Positions 55,742-55,761 of a stretch of 55,761 nucleotides of DNA are shown in pieces. How positions within the stretch are numbered: the stretch's first letter is position 1; every line of letters starts with the position of its first letter. A program made the translations under genes and the position numbers. Below the pieces are notes generated by a model. That model did no database searches. It saw only the letters and a program-made list of their open reading frames with translations, and was not told the origin of the DNA. This DNA comes from a virus (lineage: Duplodnaviria > Caudoviricetes), in the IMG/VR virus record IMGVR_UViG_3300037424_001314, positions 1-55,761 of that record. One strand, given 5' to 3'.

Positions 55742-55761
55742 AGACAACAGAATGTAGGGCG

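Larger units (their letters stand above)
1..55761. mobile_element. Temperate tailed phage, partial genome, excised form
   Basis: Integrase with attP, immunity switch, head, tail, packaging and lysis genes; no host genes or sheath gene recognised. Confidence 0.95.

Overview
The window is most of a temperate, long-tailed (siphovirus-like) phage genome, cut inside ORFs at both ends. An intact attP (3' part of tRNA-Leu(UAA)) lies next to a tyrosine integrase, so it is in the excised or virion configuration. Left to right: a leftward early operon (antirepressor, ParB-like protein, HTH protein, TnpB-like protein); a Cro/CI switch; integrase and attP; prohead protease, capsid and tail genes; lysis genes; an 8-gene glycan-modification cluster; portal and MuF-peptidase; a convergent terminase operon; an HNH nuclease; and a sigma54-type promoter preceding a ~520-nt highly structured non-coding region. 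The best candidate for an undescribed system is at 1090-2591. A transposase-free TnpB/Cas12f-like gene with its RuvC-III Asp replaced by Thr is followed by a structured ~130-nt tracr/omegaRNA-like segment with repeat-complementary stretches, then a 3-repeat, 2-spacer mini-CRISPR array with type I-E-like geometry (29+32 nt). This suggests a phage-encoded, probably non-cutting, RNA-guided DNA-binding system. All family calls come from motifs recognised by eye; no searches were run.
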